From: an uncultured Pelotomaculum sp. | GTDB taxonomy: Bacteria; Bacillota; Desulfotomaculia; Desulfotomaculales; Pelotomaculaceae | Assembly: GCA_964413055.1 (NCBI GenBank) | Contig: CAYPRB010000003.1 | Coordinates: 183,765-215,764, forward strand | Length of the DNA: 32,000 nt | Direction of reading: 5' to 3' | Part shown: piece after piece, positions 1 to 9,078 of the stretch | Position numbering within the stretch: the stretch's first letter is position 1 | Layout of the letters: every line of letters starts with the position of its first letter | Notes under the pieces: generated by a model | What the model was told of the DNA's origin: nothing | What the model saw: the letters and a program-made list of their open reading frames with translations, nothing else | Database searches by the model: none | Program-made: the position numbers and the translations under genes

Positions 1-296
1 CGAAACTGTGTGCCCCGTAAAGATTTTACCCGGTAACCGACGGAGATAATAACATCGAGATTGTAGTATGTTACCATCCTCTCAACATTTCTATCTCCCT
101 CATTTTGAACAGTTGCAAAATTTGCAACAGTTGCCCTTTCCTCTAACTCACCCTCAGTAAAAATGTTCTTGATGTGCCTGGATATAACTGATTTATCACG
201 CCGAAAGAGTTCTGACATTTGATTCAAACTAAGCCAGACTGTTTCCTCTTCCATACGCACATCGATTTTTATTGCGCCGTCCTCAGACCGGTACAT
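1..296 (-). CDS. rhuM: RhuM-family protein, N-terminal part (ORF runs off the window start)
   Basis: My own minus-strand translation from the ATG at 294-296 gives MYRSEDGAIKIDVRMEEETVWLSLNQMSELFRRDKSVISRHIKNIFTEGELEE...TYYNLDVIISVGYRVKSLRGTQF. This matches the conserved RhuM N-terminal blocks as I remember them. It is missing from the ORF track because it is open at the edge. It starts 16 nt after the hsdM stop. Confidence 0.85.
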   Translation of the reverse strand, partial: MYRSEDGAIKIDVRMEEETVWLSLNQMSELFRRDKSVISRHIKNIFTEGELEERATVANFATVQNEGDRNVERMVTYYNLDVIISVGYRVKSLRGTQF

Positions 297-312
297 AATA
301 ACCTCCGTGTCT

Positions 313-1803
313 TTAGAACTCATATCCGATCGCCCCCAAACGCTCTTTAATCTCCTCTTCCAGCTTATGGGATTTAACAAACATCTCGGCTAGTTCGGCA
401 GTCAACTTGGTCATTTTTTCATCAAAAGGCTCACTGTCTTCCTCCCCATTTTCTATTCCGACATATCTGCCCGGCGTCAGAATATATTCATGCTCCCTCA
501 CTTCTTCCAGCGATGCTGATTTGCAGAAGCCTTGGATATCTTCATACGCTTCTTGATCGTCTCGCCAGTTATGATAGGTATCACAGACTTGGGTTATTTC
601 CTCATCGGAAAGCTCCCTGTGCTTACGGGTTATCATGGTTCCCATCTTGCGGGCATCGATAAAGAGGATTTTATCTTTTCTGTTTGCTCTTTTTTTAGAC
701 AGGAACCAAAGGCAGACGGGAATGGTAACGTTATAAAAGAGGTTCGGCGGCATGGTAACAATACAATCCACCAACCCGCCGTTAGGTGCTTCGATAATAT
801 TTTTCCTGATTTCAGCTTCTGCTTTGGTAGACGTACTCATGGAGCCATTGGCTAGAACAAAGCCTGCTGTACCGCTTGGAGAGAGCTTGCTGATAATGTG
901 CTCAATCCAGGCATAGTTGGCGTTGTTTTTCGGCGGAATTCCATATTTCCAGCGGGCATCATCTTGAATCAATGTATAGTCGCTTACATTAAAAGGCGGA
1001 TTGGCCAGGATATAATCTGCTCGCAGGTTTTTGTGAAGGTCATTGCCAAAGGTATCGGCGTCCCTGTCTCCGAGGTTCCCGTCGATCCCTCTGATGGCCA
1101 GATTCATCTTACAAAGTTTCCAAGTGGTGGCAGTGTACTCCTGTCCGTATATATAGATATCGTCTTTGCGTCCCTGGTGCTCTTCGACAAACCGTGCAGA
1201 CTGGACAAACATGCCGCCGGAACCGCAGCAGGGGTCATAAACCCGGCCTTTATAGGGTTCAATCATTCCAACAAGAAGTTTAACGATGGTTGGCGGGGTA
1301 TAAAATTCTCCTTCGCTGGACCCGAATTTGCCCAAGAAATACTCATAGACCCTGCCCAGAATATCCTGGGCTCTGGCTTCTTTGCTGCCCAGATTAAACG
1401 AGAACAAATCAATGAGTTCCCCGAGCTTTGCTTTGTCCAGCTCAGGTCTGGCATAGTTCTTGGGAAGCACACCCTTAAGACTTTTATTTTCCCGTTCAAT
1501 GGCAATCATGGCTTCGTCAATAATTTGCCCAATGGTGCTCTGCTTGGCACTTTTTTTGATAAAGTCCCACCTGGCACCGGGTGGCACGAAGAAAATATTA
1601 TCTTCGATGTAAGCATCCCGGTCTTCCTCAAATCCGTCCCCTTCCGCTACCAGTTCATTATATTTTTCTTCAAAGCTGTCTGAAATGTATTTGAGAAATA
1701 TTAGTCCAAGCACAACATCCTTATAATCTGAAGGTTGAATGTTCCCTCTCAGTTTATCTGCCATCTCCCATAATTTGTTTTCAAACTCTAAATTTACTGC
1801 CAT
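313..1803 (-). CDS. hsdM: Type I restriction-modification system DNA methyltransferase subunit M (N6-adenine)
   Basis: 496 aa. HsdM N-terminal domain ([10 protein letters not shown]...[16 protein letters not shown]), SAM motif [13 protein letters not shown] and catalytic motif IV LANPPFN are all visible. Confidence 0.95.
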   Translation of the reverse strand: MAVNLEFENKLWEMADKLRGNIQPSDYKDVVLGLIFLKYISDSFEEKYNELVAEGDGFEEDRDAYIEDNIFFVPPGARWDFIKKSAKQSTIGQIIDEAMIAIERENKSLKGVLPKNYARPELDKAKLGELIDLFSFNLGSKEARAQDILGRVYEYFLGKFGSSEGEFYTPPTIVKLLVGMIEPYKGRVYDPCCGSGGMFVQSARFVEEHQGRKDDIYIYGQEYTATTWKLCKMNLAIRGIDGNLGDRDADTFGNDLHKNLRADYILANPPFNVSDYTLIQDDARWKYGIPPKNNANYAWIEHIISKLSPSGTAGFVLANGSMSTSTKAEAEIRKNIIEAPNGGLVDCIVTMPPNLFYNVTIPVCLWFLSKKRANRKDKILFIDARKMGTMITRKHRELSDEEITQVCDTYHNWRDDQEAYEDIQGFCKSASLEEVREHEYILTPGRYVGIENGEEDSEPFDEKMTKLTAELAEMFVKSHKLEEEIKERLGAIGYEF

Positions 1804-1815
1804 GGTTAACCCCTC

Positions 1816-3393
1816 CTACATTAATTGGTTATAGATACTGTCTTTGATATTTGACCAGCGGTCCTCAGCCTTTTTGATTGCTTCTTTATACACTTCTAAT
1901 TCCTTCCGGTACTGACGAATGATTTCCTCTTGTTTGGCTGCAGGCAAAAGTGGTATCTCCATTTCCATGATATCGGCATAATTGATATTCATGATGGTTG
2001 TACCGCGTTGGAAACTTTTGATGATCGCCATCCCGACAGGACTTTCAAAAAATATTTTTATAAACTCGCCCTTCACCTTTTCTTTGGGCCTAACGACAAT
2101 CAGGTTGGCGGAAGCAATAATAATATTGTCCTGCCTGGTAAATACAGCTGATTTAACCGCCGTCCCCCGGCAGGAAAGTACGACATCGCCTGTCGCCAGT
2201 TCGTAGCGTTTAATCTTTCTTTCTTCCTCATCAATGGTATCCATATCCCGATAGTCAATTTCTCCGTTTTCAATGTTGGAGATATTTAAGATGGAAATAT
2301 TCCCAAGGGAGGTGTCTTTTTTAAGTATGGATTTTCCTCTAAAGACCTCTGCCGCATTTTTTAATTTAATCTTTTGGATATTGGAGCTTTTAAATCTTTG
2401 AATGTTTTCATCATCATCCGCTAACAAGAGCTCAATGCGCCAGTCTTCGTGGGATAAAAACTCTTTGGTTGTAATAGCCTTCCTGTCTTTAATCTCAACG
2501 TTCTTCTTGTTCAATTCCAACATGCCGATTTCAACCTTATCTTTTCGCTCTGTTGAGATCGAAAACAGATAGGTTTTAATAGCAGTTACCGGTCTGAAAG
2601 TACCTTCCGGCAAAATGTAAATGCTCTCCACCTGATAATGATCAGTAATAAAAGCGCGCAGCTTTTCAAAACCCATACCGGCAAAGGTTATTTTTGCCGG
2701 AACAATAATATCCAGGGTTCCGCGTTCATCCAGATGTTCCAGCATATTTTCCATGGCGATACCGTCACTGTCTTTGGTGAGAAACTTTTTCTTTAAATCA
2801 TCCGCTTTATGTCCGAAATCCGGAAGAGAATAGATATAATCAAATTTGTCGTTCTGCAGACAGCTTGTATAGATTGACTCAAATTTAATGTTCACGTTTC
2901 TTTTATCGCCAAAGGCTAATTGCAGTAAGATATGCATTGGTTTTAATTGGGTCGTCAAGGTGAATTCTGCTGCTTTGAACTGATCGATCATTTCCCTGAG
3001 CCCGGATAGGTGCTTTTCAGCTTCGGCAATCAGAATCTTCTCAGGCTTAAGAGTCTTTATTCTGTCGTTGATATAATGGGTTAGATATACAGGGGAGAGC
3101 ACCATACCCATGCGATCGTTTTTATAGATTTCCAATGTGAAGTCGATGAGATTAATCTTCTTTAATGTTTCAAAGATAACAAAGAAATCATCTCTATCAG
3201 CTGGAAAGAAGCCTAATTCATCTTCGGTGTTTTTTTTCATTACTTGAAAAAGTTTCTCTTTGTCTTTCTGAATATCCGGTTCCTCTTGAAGCTTCTTCAA
3301 TATCAATTTCACACGAAGCATCTCCTTTAGAAGTTGCTCTCTGGAAGTTAATTGCCTTTGATATAAGACATTCAATGCTGTAGCGATGTTCAT
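1816..3393 (-). CDS. Atypical specificity protein: degenerate gamma-class MTase-like N-domain fused to a single HsdS-type target-recognition domain plus conserved helix
   Basis: The C-terminal ~190 aa look like one HsdS half (FRGKSILKKD...ELATGDVVLSCRGT...ANLIVVRPKE...GTTIMNINYADIMEMEIPLLPAAKQEEII, then a coiled-coil tail). The N-terminal ~330 aa carry MTase-like motifs in gamma order, but with the catalytic residues lost. Motif I is ILIAEAEKHLSG where DPACGSG is expected, and motif IV is YSLPDFG where NPPF/Y is expected. Motif VIII is recognisable as IYILPEGTFRPVTAIKTYLFSIS. The gene lies 12 nt upstream of hsdM. Confidence 0.7.
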   Translation of the reverse strand: MNIATALNVLYQRQLTSREQLLKEMLRVKLILKKLQEEPDIQKDKEKLFQVMKKNTEDELGFFPADRDDFFVIFETLKKINLIDFTLEIYKNDRMGMVLSPVYLTHYINDRIKTLKPEKILIAEAEKHLSGLREMIDQFKAAEFTLTTQLKPMHILLQLAFGDKRNVNIKFESIYTSCLQNDKFDYIYSLPDFGHKADDLKKKFLTKDSDGIAMENMLEHLDERGTLDIIVPAKITFAGMGFEKLRAFITDHYQVESIYILPEGTFRPVTAIKTYLFSISTERKDKVEIGMLELNKKNVEIKDRKAITTKEFLSHEDWRIELLLADDDENIQRFKSSNIQKIKLKNAAEVFRGKSILKKDTSLGNISILNISNIENGEIDYRDMDTIDEEERKIKRYELATGDVVLSCRGTAVKSAVFTRQDNIIIASANLIVVRPKEKVKGEFIKIFFESPVGMAIIKSFQRGTTIMNINYADIMEMEIPLLPAAKQEEIIRQYRKELEVYKEAIKKAEDRWSNIKDSIYNQLM

Positions 3394-3490
3394 GTGCGTA
3401 CTAGACCTTCCTTCATAAATAATTTCATAATAAAATTATATTTTTTATTATTTAGTATGTCAATACTATAATATAGGATGTTGTTATTAC

Positions 3491-3676
3491 CATGTCATAA
3501 CTGGGTCATTTTTTTTAATAATTGGGCCAGTTGGTTATTGAATTGGTGATCTTCACCCGCTATTATTAGAACAAAGCAGATTATCCAAAGGTGATGGTGG
3601 ATGTGTTATCCAAAATAAGAAAAAAACCGGCTTTTGGGGTAGCACCGGTTTTAAGCCTGTTGCTCGTTATTTTATT
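3491..3676 (+). repeat. Copy A of a duplicated promoter/5'-end module (partner at 10688-10835)
   Basis: Hand alignment gives roughly 90% identity over the shared blocks, at a constant offset of 7197 bp. Copy B lacks 38 bp that include the kinase RBS and start codons. Confidence 0.85.
3497..3566 (+). promoter_or_regulatory. Candidate LytTR-type operator plus sigma-A promoter of the kinase gene
   Basis: Three direct repeats AA(C/T)TGG start at 3499, 3520 and 3541, exactly 21 bp apart. TTGAAT (3538-3543) is followed by a 17-bp spacer and TATTAT (3561-3566). Confidence 0.5.
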
Positions 3677-5417
3677 GACTGTTGTTTTTATCCGGATGGG
3701 TAATTCTCCTTATATGGTCTCTAACATTACGGATATATCGGGTCAGTGGCAGTATTATACGGATCATGACCCGGCGCCGCAGCCAATCCGGCTTCCCCAC
3801 GGCACCAAGGGCGTGTATCTGAATGAAAACTGGTACATCACCCACACCCTGGCGGAACAAGGATATAATGCGGCCATCATGTTCAGGTCGGACTATTTGA
3901 GGGTCATTGCCGAACTGGATGGAGAGGTAATCTACCGCCACGGTTATGGGGAAATGCCTTTTGCCTCACCGGGGAAAAAACTGAACCTGATTCCCCTGCC
4001 CGGTGATTATGCAGGCAAGGAAATCACCCTTACCCTGACCCCCACCATGAACCTGCGTGCCTACAGTATCTACATGGGCGATCAGGCGTCCCTCATATCA
4101 TACGCCACGGGAAAATCTCTGCCCGTTTTTGGCATGGGCATCCTTGTGTTTGTCCTGGGGGCAACCTTACTGGGCGTATATTTTATCCACAGGAAAAATG
4201 GACAAGCAATGACGGCGGATTTCTGGTTCGGCGTTTTTGTGATTCTGGTCGGCTTGCATCTTCCCGGGAAAAGCTTGCTGTTTCTAATACTGCTTAATCC
4301 CTTACAGGCAACTTTTGTGCCCATGATTATCAACTACTTAATCCCCTGTTCGGTGCTATTATTCGTATATACATCCTGCAGCAGGTTCAAGGTTCCTGTC
4401 ATCATTGCCCTTTGCGTACATACGGCCGGTTATTTGCCCACTGCTCTGATGCAAATTTTCATGCCCAATCCCCCCACCGAGATTCTGGCTCTCTTTATAT
4501 ACCTTATTCCGGTTTATTACGGGTTGGGTGTGTGGGCCTTTGTCACGGAAATACGTGCCGGAGGAGAAAAATATCAAAGATTGAAATGGGCCGGTCTTTT
4601 ACTCATAGGCATGGTAATTGCGGGGAGACTAAACGGCGTACTGGGGAATCCGCTGCATGCCAGCGATGTGGAGATGTTCTCCAAAATGGGATTGTTTTTG
4701 TTTATCACCATCGAAGTAGTGGGCAGGATTAATAACTATTTTAAAGAAAACGCGCAGATTTTTGCGGATTTCGAGGCGGCTCAGGTTAAAAACAGGTTGG
4801 CTCTGGCCCATTTTAACGATATTCAGCAATACATGGAAGAGGTGCACATACTGAACCATGATATCAATCACCATTTTAACGCCCTCATGCTTTTAATGGA
4901 CCGGGGAGACCCGGCCCGGGCCAGGGAGTATTTAGCCCAGCTTACCCAAAACTATCCATTAACCAAACAGGTTGTTTATACAAAAAATCAGCTGATCAAC
5001 TATATTATGGGGTACGCGGCCAAAGAAGCCGAAAAGAAAAACATCGTCCTGAATCATAACCTCGAACTGCCGGAGAACATCAGCATCAGGGACAGCGACT
5101 TGTACAGCTTGTTTATCAATATTATCGACAACTCCATAGAGGCCTGTGCGACCATGGAAAATGTTAATGAGAGAAAAATGGAGCTGGCCTGCAATATGAA
5201 AAACGGGTTTTTGCATGTATTATGCAAAAACAGTAAAGAAAATACGGTGGTTATAGAGGATGGACGATACATTTCCACAAAACCACATAGTTCAAGGCAC
5301 GGATTGGGAATCAGTATTATTGAACGGGTGGTGGAAAAATATAATGGGGTACTGGATATCGAACATGGAAACAACTGGTTTGAAATAAGCCTGGTGCTTA
5401 AAGCCGAGTATCACTAA
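3591..5417 (+). CDS. Membrane sensor histidine kinase, HPK10/GHKL (AgrC/LytS-like) with an N-terminal extracytoplasmic domain and a multi-TM block
   Basis: 608 aa. It has a signal-anchor, a ~130-aa outside domain and ~7 hydrophobic helices. The H-region is HILNHDINHHFNAL, the N-box is INIIDNSIEA and the G-box is RHGLGISIIERVV. The exact start is ambiguous (GTG 3591, ATG 3594 or GTG 3603). Confidence 0.85.
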   Translation: MMVDVLSKIRKKPAFGVAPVLSLLLVILLTVVFIRMGNSPYMVSNITDISGQWQYYTDHDPAPQPIRLPHGTKGVYLNENWYITHTLAEQGYNAAIMFRSDYLRVIAELDGEVIYRHGYGEMPFASPGKKLNLIPLPGDYAGKEITLTLTPTMNLRAYSIYMGDQASLISYATGKSLPVFGMGILVFVLGATLLGVYFIHRKNGQAMTADFWFGVFVILVGLHLPGKSLLFLILLNPLQATFVPMIINYLIPCSVLLFVYTSCSRFKVPVIIALCVHTAGYLPTALMQIFMPNPPTEILALFIYLIPVYYGLGVWAFVTEIRAGGEKYQRLKWAGLLLIGMVIAGRLNGVLGNPLHASDVEMFSKMGLFLFITIEVVGRINNYFKENAQIFADFEAAQVKNRLALAHFNDIQQYMEEVHILNHDINHHFNALMLLMDRGDPARAREYLAQLTQNYPLTKQVVYTKNQLINYIMGYAAKEAEKKNIVLNHNLELPENISIRDSDLYSLFINIIDNSIEACATMENVNERKMELACNMKNGFLHVLCKNSKENTVVIEDGRYISTKPHSSRHGLGISIIERVVEKYNGVLDIEHGNNWFEISLVLKAEYH

Positions 5418-6136
5418 GTACTGTTTTGTTTTCCGATAAAGTTAATGAAAGCTTTTTTGGCCTCGGCATAATATGTTTTGCTGATGGGAATGGCCTGATT
5501 GCATATGGTGGTGAAACTGGTTCTGGTTATCCGGGTTACAAAGTTTAAGTTTACCACAAAGCTTTTATGGCTGGGTATGAACTTATTTGAAGGGAGCAGG
5601 TTGTTAAACTGGTTTAATGTGCCGTATGTCTCGTAATCGCCGTTTTTTGTGGCAATCTTTACTTTTCTGCCTTTGGACTCCAAATACAATATGTCATCGT
5701 GCCATATGCGGCACACAGAGTGCTTGAGTTTTACGTCCAGGAAGTTTTTTTCATTCCTGGTCCAGTCATATAACAATGCCCGGGCCAGTTTTTTTGTATC
5801 CACGGGCTTTAAAATATAATGCAGCGCCTGCACGTCATAGCCTTTAAAAACAAAGTTCGGCGAACTGGTTATAAAAACTATACTCACATCTTCGGCATGC
5901 TCCCTTATTTTTTGTGCCGCCGTAACACCGTCGACCCCGGTCATTAAAATATCGAGAAAAATAATATGGTAATTCTTTTTTTGCCTGACAATGGCATCCA
6001 GCACTTTTTCGCCGGACATAAACCTGTCTATGGCATATTTTGCATCATTGTCTTCAAGTATGCCGCTTATCTTGTCGCATAAATCATTCAGTTCTTCAAT
6101 ATCATCATCACATACCGCAACTCGATACTGATTCAT
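5414..6136 (-). CDS. LytTR-family response regulator (REC + LytTR DNA-binding domain)
   Basis: 240 aa. REC domain (VAVCDDD...IIFLDILMTGVDG) and LytTR domain (ILYLESKGRKVKIATKNGDYETYGTLNQF...FIPSHKSFVVNLNFV). RBS GGGGGGAT lies upstream of the ATG. Confidence 0.9.
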   Translation of the reverse strand: MNQYRVAVCDDDIEELNDLCDKISGILEDNDAKYAIDRFMSGEKVLDAIVRQKKNYHIIFLDILMTGVDGVTAAQKIREHAEDVSIVFITSSPNFVFKGYDVQALHYILKPVDTKKLARALLYDWTRNEKNFLDVKLKHSVCRIWHDDILYLESKGRKVKIATKNGDYETYGTLNQFNNLLPSNKFIPSHKSFVVNLNFVTRITRTSFTTICNQAIPISKTYYAEAKKAFINFIGKQNST

Positions 6137-6161
6137 TTACATCCCCCCGAGGGACGGACAT

Positions 6162-6460
6162 TTATCCATTTGTTGCTATTTTTTCTACACGGGCAGTGAT
6201 AATCCTGCTTTTAACCGGCTTATGTTTGCTGACTTTTCTTAGATGATCGATGGCGCAGCTGCGGGCAATCATAATAATCCCAGGTTTTAAATAAGGATTT
6301 ATCTTTTTCATACCGATCGATCCTCTTCCAGATGGTGAAGAGAAAATCGCTTACACATTCAGCAGCGTCTTCTTCACTGAGGTTGCCGATGATTTTAACA
6401 ATATAGTATAATAAGCCTCAAGTATTTATCCATCAGCAAGGAAGGAAACTTATCCCAAGG
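6162..6460 (-). pseudogene. Frameshifted, truncated sigma-70/ECF-type sigma factor remnant (region 2 only)
   Basis: My own translation gives KIIGNLSEEDAAECVSDFLFTIWKRIDRYEKDKSLFKTW. After a frameshift it continues IIMIARSCAIDHLRKVSKHKP. This is a typical sigma region-2 pattern with no region 4, and the N-terminal piece is in a third frame. Confidence 0.5.
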
Positions 6461-6677
6461 CACTAACCATCACTCCTCTCGCTGAATTTCATATAACTAT
6501 GCGATTTGTGTAATAACCAGGTGCGCTGAAACAGGCCTTGTTCCACAACGCCGAACTGACATGCACCTAAATGCAATGGTTAACCGTGCATCTGTTATAA
6601 TTATTAAACAGATGGAAATCTAGTAAACGCGTGACTTCAGCCGCGGTATAGACTCGATAGTTGAAAGGAGAGCGTCT

Positions 6678-7166
6678 TTGAAGATTATTGTGGATGCAGA
6701 TGCCTGCCCCAAGATGATTTTGCAGATCTGCCTGGAAAAAGGGTATCAATATGACCTGCCCGTCTGGACAGTGGCCAATTTTAACCACAACATCGAATCG
6801 GAGCATCATGTTATCGTGGGTAACGCATCCCAGGAAGCCGACATGAAATTATTAAACCTGGCGCAAAAAAATGATATTGTTGTCACCCAGGACTGGGGCC
6901 TTGCCGCCATGGTTTTGGGAAAGCAGGCAAAATGTTTAAGTCCTGATGGAAGGGAGTTTCAGCCGGACAATATTGATTTTTTGCTGGAAGAACGGGAGTT
7001 AAAAGCCAAATACCGGCGCAGTGGGGGAAGAACCAGGGGACCGAAAAAACGCACCGGGGAAAATGACCGCTGTTTTGAAGCGGGGCTGGAAAGAATTATT
7101 AAAAGAATTATGAAACAAAGTCTCTGTGCGGGGCCACCTAATCCGCCTACCGAAGAAAGTAATTAA
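6678..7166 (+). CDS. yaiI: YaiI/YqxD family protein (DUF188/UPF0178)
   Basis: 162 aa, [12 protein letters not shown]...[17 protein letters not shown]...; this resembles E. coli YaiI (as I recall it) along its length. TTG start with RBS AAAGGAGAG. Confidence 0.85.
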   Translation: MKIIVDADACPKMILQICLEKGYQYDLPVWTVANFNHNIESEHHVIVGNASQEADMKLLNLAQKNDIVVTQDWGLAAMVLGKQAKCLSPDGREFQPDNIDFLLEERELKAKYRRSGGRTRGPKKRTGENDRCFEAGLERIIKRIMKQSLCAGPPNPPTEESN

Positions 7167-7189
7167 TTTTTAACTATACTGTCAACTCT

Positions 7190-7435
7190 CTAACCTGGTG
7201 ATTCTATTTTCATTGCATCAAGCAAGCTATTCAGCTTATCAATAGAACTCCTATCTTTGTGTAATATCTCACCCGCCAAATCTCTGGATTTATTATCAAG
7301 ATTACCCCGCAGTACTTTTTCGGCCATATTTACTCCCTTGGTTTCACCTTTCAGTGCTTTTTTAATAATTTCATCAGTATCAGCCTTTAAACCCAAGTCC
7401 ATGCTGACTTTCGTATCAGCCATCGTACCCTTCAT
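7190..7435 (-). CDS. Hypothetical small hydrophilic protein (81 aa)
   Basis: ORF only; I do not recognise the family. Confidence 0.35.
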   Translation of the reverse strand: MKGTMADTKVSMDLGLKADTDEIIKKALKGETKGVNMAEKVLRGNLDNKSRDLAGEILHKDRSSIDKLNSLLDAMKIESPG

Positions 7436-7629
7436 CCCAAGGTTTTCATGCGGTTGTCCGCCTATATTCTGAATATAATTAGCTAATATATTGATATTCT
7501 GCCGATGTCCGCCGGGTCGTATTCCACACCTAATTTTTTCACAGTCACATGCCTGATACGCTGATCTTCAAGAGGGCGGATTTAATATGTTTTCCTTAGC
7601 TTTTTTGTCCCCCGTTTTTTTCGGTTGCT

Positions 7630-9078
7630 TTAGAACTTATTGTATATCCTGTACAGAAACACCGCTGCTTCCGCTCTTGTGGTATTGCCCAGGGGATTGA
7701 CATTATCGCCGCTGCCCACAATCAATCCTTCCTTGACAACAGAGGCTACGCCGTTTACGGCATAGGCTGCCACAAGGGATTTGTCGGCAAACTGGTCAAG
7801 ATCCGCAGCCGTACCTTGCGCTTCAATCTTTTTAAGCATTCTTAATGCATTTTCGGTCAGTACCATCATGTCCTGCCTGGTGATGCTTGCATCAGGACTG
7901 AATTTGTTGTTTCCGGTACCGCTGGTGATACCCAGCTTTTTGGCTATGGCTATCTCTTTGTAGTAATAAGCATCACTGCTTATATCCTCAAAGTTCCCGC
8001 CAATTTTTGTATCCACACCAAGAGTTCTTACCAGGAAGTACAGAAAGTCTGCCCTGGTGATGCTTGCCTGAGGGTCGTATTCCGTTTCCGTTGCGCCTTT
8101 CAATATGCCCTTGGAGGCCAGGACTTCGATGGATATCTTTGCCCAGTCAACAGCTCCAAGATCGGTAAAGGTCTTTTCTACACAGACCACCGCAAAAATG
8201 CTGAAATGGGTAGTGCTGAAGGTGACCGTACCGGTAGCGGGATCATACCTGCCGCTGGGGACGGATACCGCGTTGCCGCTGCCGTCAATGTACCATACCG
8301 TAATATGCTCGGGGTCGGCAAGTTCTGCTTCTGTCGGTGTATATGGTATGGACATTGTTACGGGCGCATCGGAGTTGTTCCAACCTGTTGGCGTTTCATC
8401 CAATGTCAGGGTGAGCTGCACCACAGGCCTGTCGCCTATGATTGCTTTGACGTCCTCCGGCAATTTATCCTTATCTCCCTGATTGATGGTGATCTCTGCC
8501 TTGCTTCCTCTTATACCCGCAACGCCTGTCAGCATATTTAACGGAACTGTAATGCTGCCTGCGTCGGTATTGAAAGTCAGCGTATCATGCCCGTCGGGCA
8601 TTGACAGCTCCTGAACCGGTATGCCAACTGAATAGGAATCGACGCCGGGAATGGAGGGAACAGTGATGACAGTCCCGCCTGAAGTAAGATTCTGAGAGCC
8701 TATCTCTATGGCTGCACTTCCGCTTTTCTTATTGACTGTGACCGGAAGAGTCGTTTCAGCGCCATTTCCTGCTTTAACATTCGCAATATATGCCGGTGCT
8801 GACGAATTGCTTCTTCCCCCGCCACTGCTACTGCCGCCTCCACCGTCAGATGTCCATTTTGCGTAGACGGTTATATTGGCGTTGACCGTTGTCGCAGCGG
8901 TAAACTTTGTACCCGAGCCGTTTATTCCCGTGTACCAACCGCCGAAGGTGTAGCCGGTTCTCGTCGGATTCGGCAACCAGTTGCCGAATCCGATGCTCTC
9001 GCCGTCGTTGACGGTTCTGGTGGTATACACCGAGCCTCTGTTGTTAAAGGTTACGGTATAGGTGGTGAGTATCGTCAC
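7630..9078 (-). CDS. C-terminal portion of a cell-surface protein: Listeria-Bacteroides (flg_new) repeat, Ig-like region, three SLH domains; probably the 3' part of a frameshifted gene
   Basis: YTVTFNNRGS...GYTFGGWYTG...ITVYAKW is the flg_new repeat. There is a poly-G/S linker and three SLH repeats (FTDLGAVDWAKISIEVLASKGILKG; FEDISSDAYYYKEIAIAKKLGITSG; FADKSLVAAYAVNGVASVVKEGLIVG). It has no signal peptide and only a GTG start. Confidence 0.8.
   Translation of the reverse strand: MTILTTYTVTFNNRGSVYTTRTVNDGESIGFGNWLPNPTRTGYTFGGWYTGINGSGTKFTAATTVNANITVYAKWTSDGGGGSSSGGGRSNSSAPAYIANVKAGNGAETTLPVTVNKKSGSAAIEIGSQNLTSGGTVITVPSIPGVDSYSVGIPVQELSMPDGHDTLTFNTDAGSITVPLNMLTGVAGIRGSKAEITINQGDKDKLPEDVKAIIGDRPVVQLTLTLDETPTGWNNSDAPVTMSIPYTPTEAELADPEHITVWYIDGSGNAVSVPSGRYDPATGTVTFSTTHFSIFAVVCVEKTFTDLGAVDWAKISIEVLASKGILKGATETEYDPQASITRADFLYFLVRTLGVDTKIGGNFEDISSDAYYYKEIAIAKKLGITSGTGNNKFSPDASITRQDMMVLTENALRMLKKIEAQGTAADLDQFADKSLVAAYAVNGVASVVKEGLIVGSGDNVNPLGNTTRAEAAVFLYRIYNKF

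Noticed and set aside
532-1683. Long plus-strand ORFs (107 and 261 aa) inside hsdM
   Set aside because: These are antisense shadow ORFs of a confidently identified gene, with no recognisable domains or RBS. The same reasoning applies to the antisense ORFs inside the kinase, surface-protein, UbiD, regulator and ligase genes.
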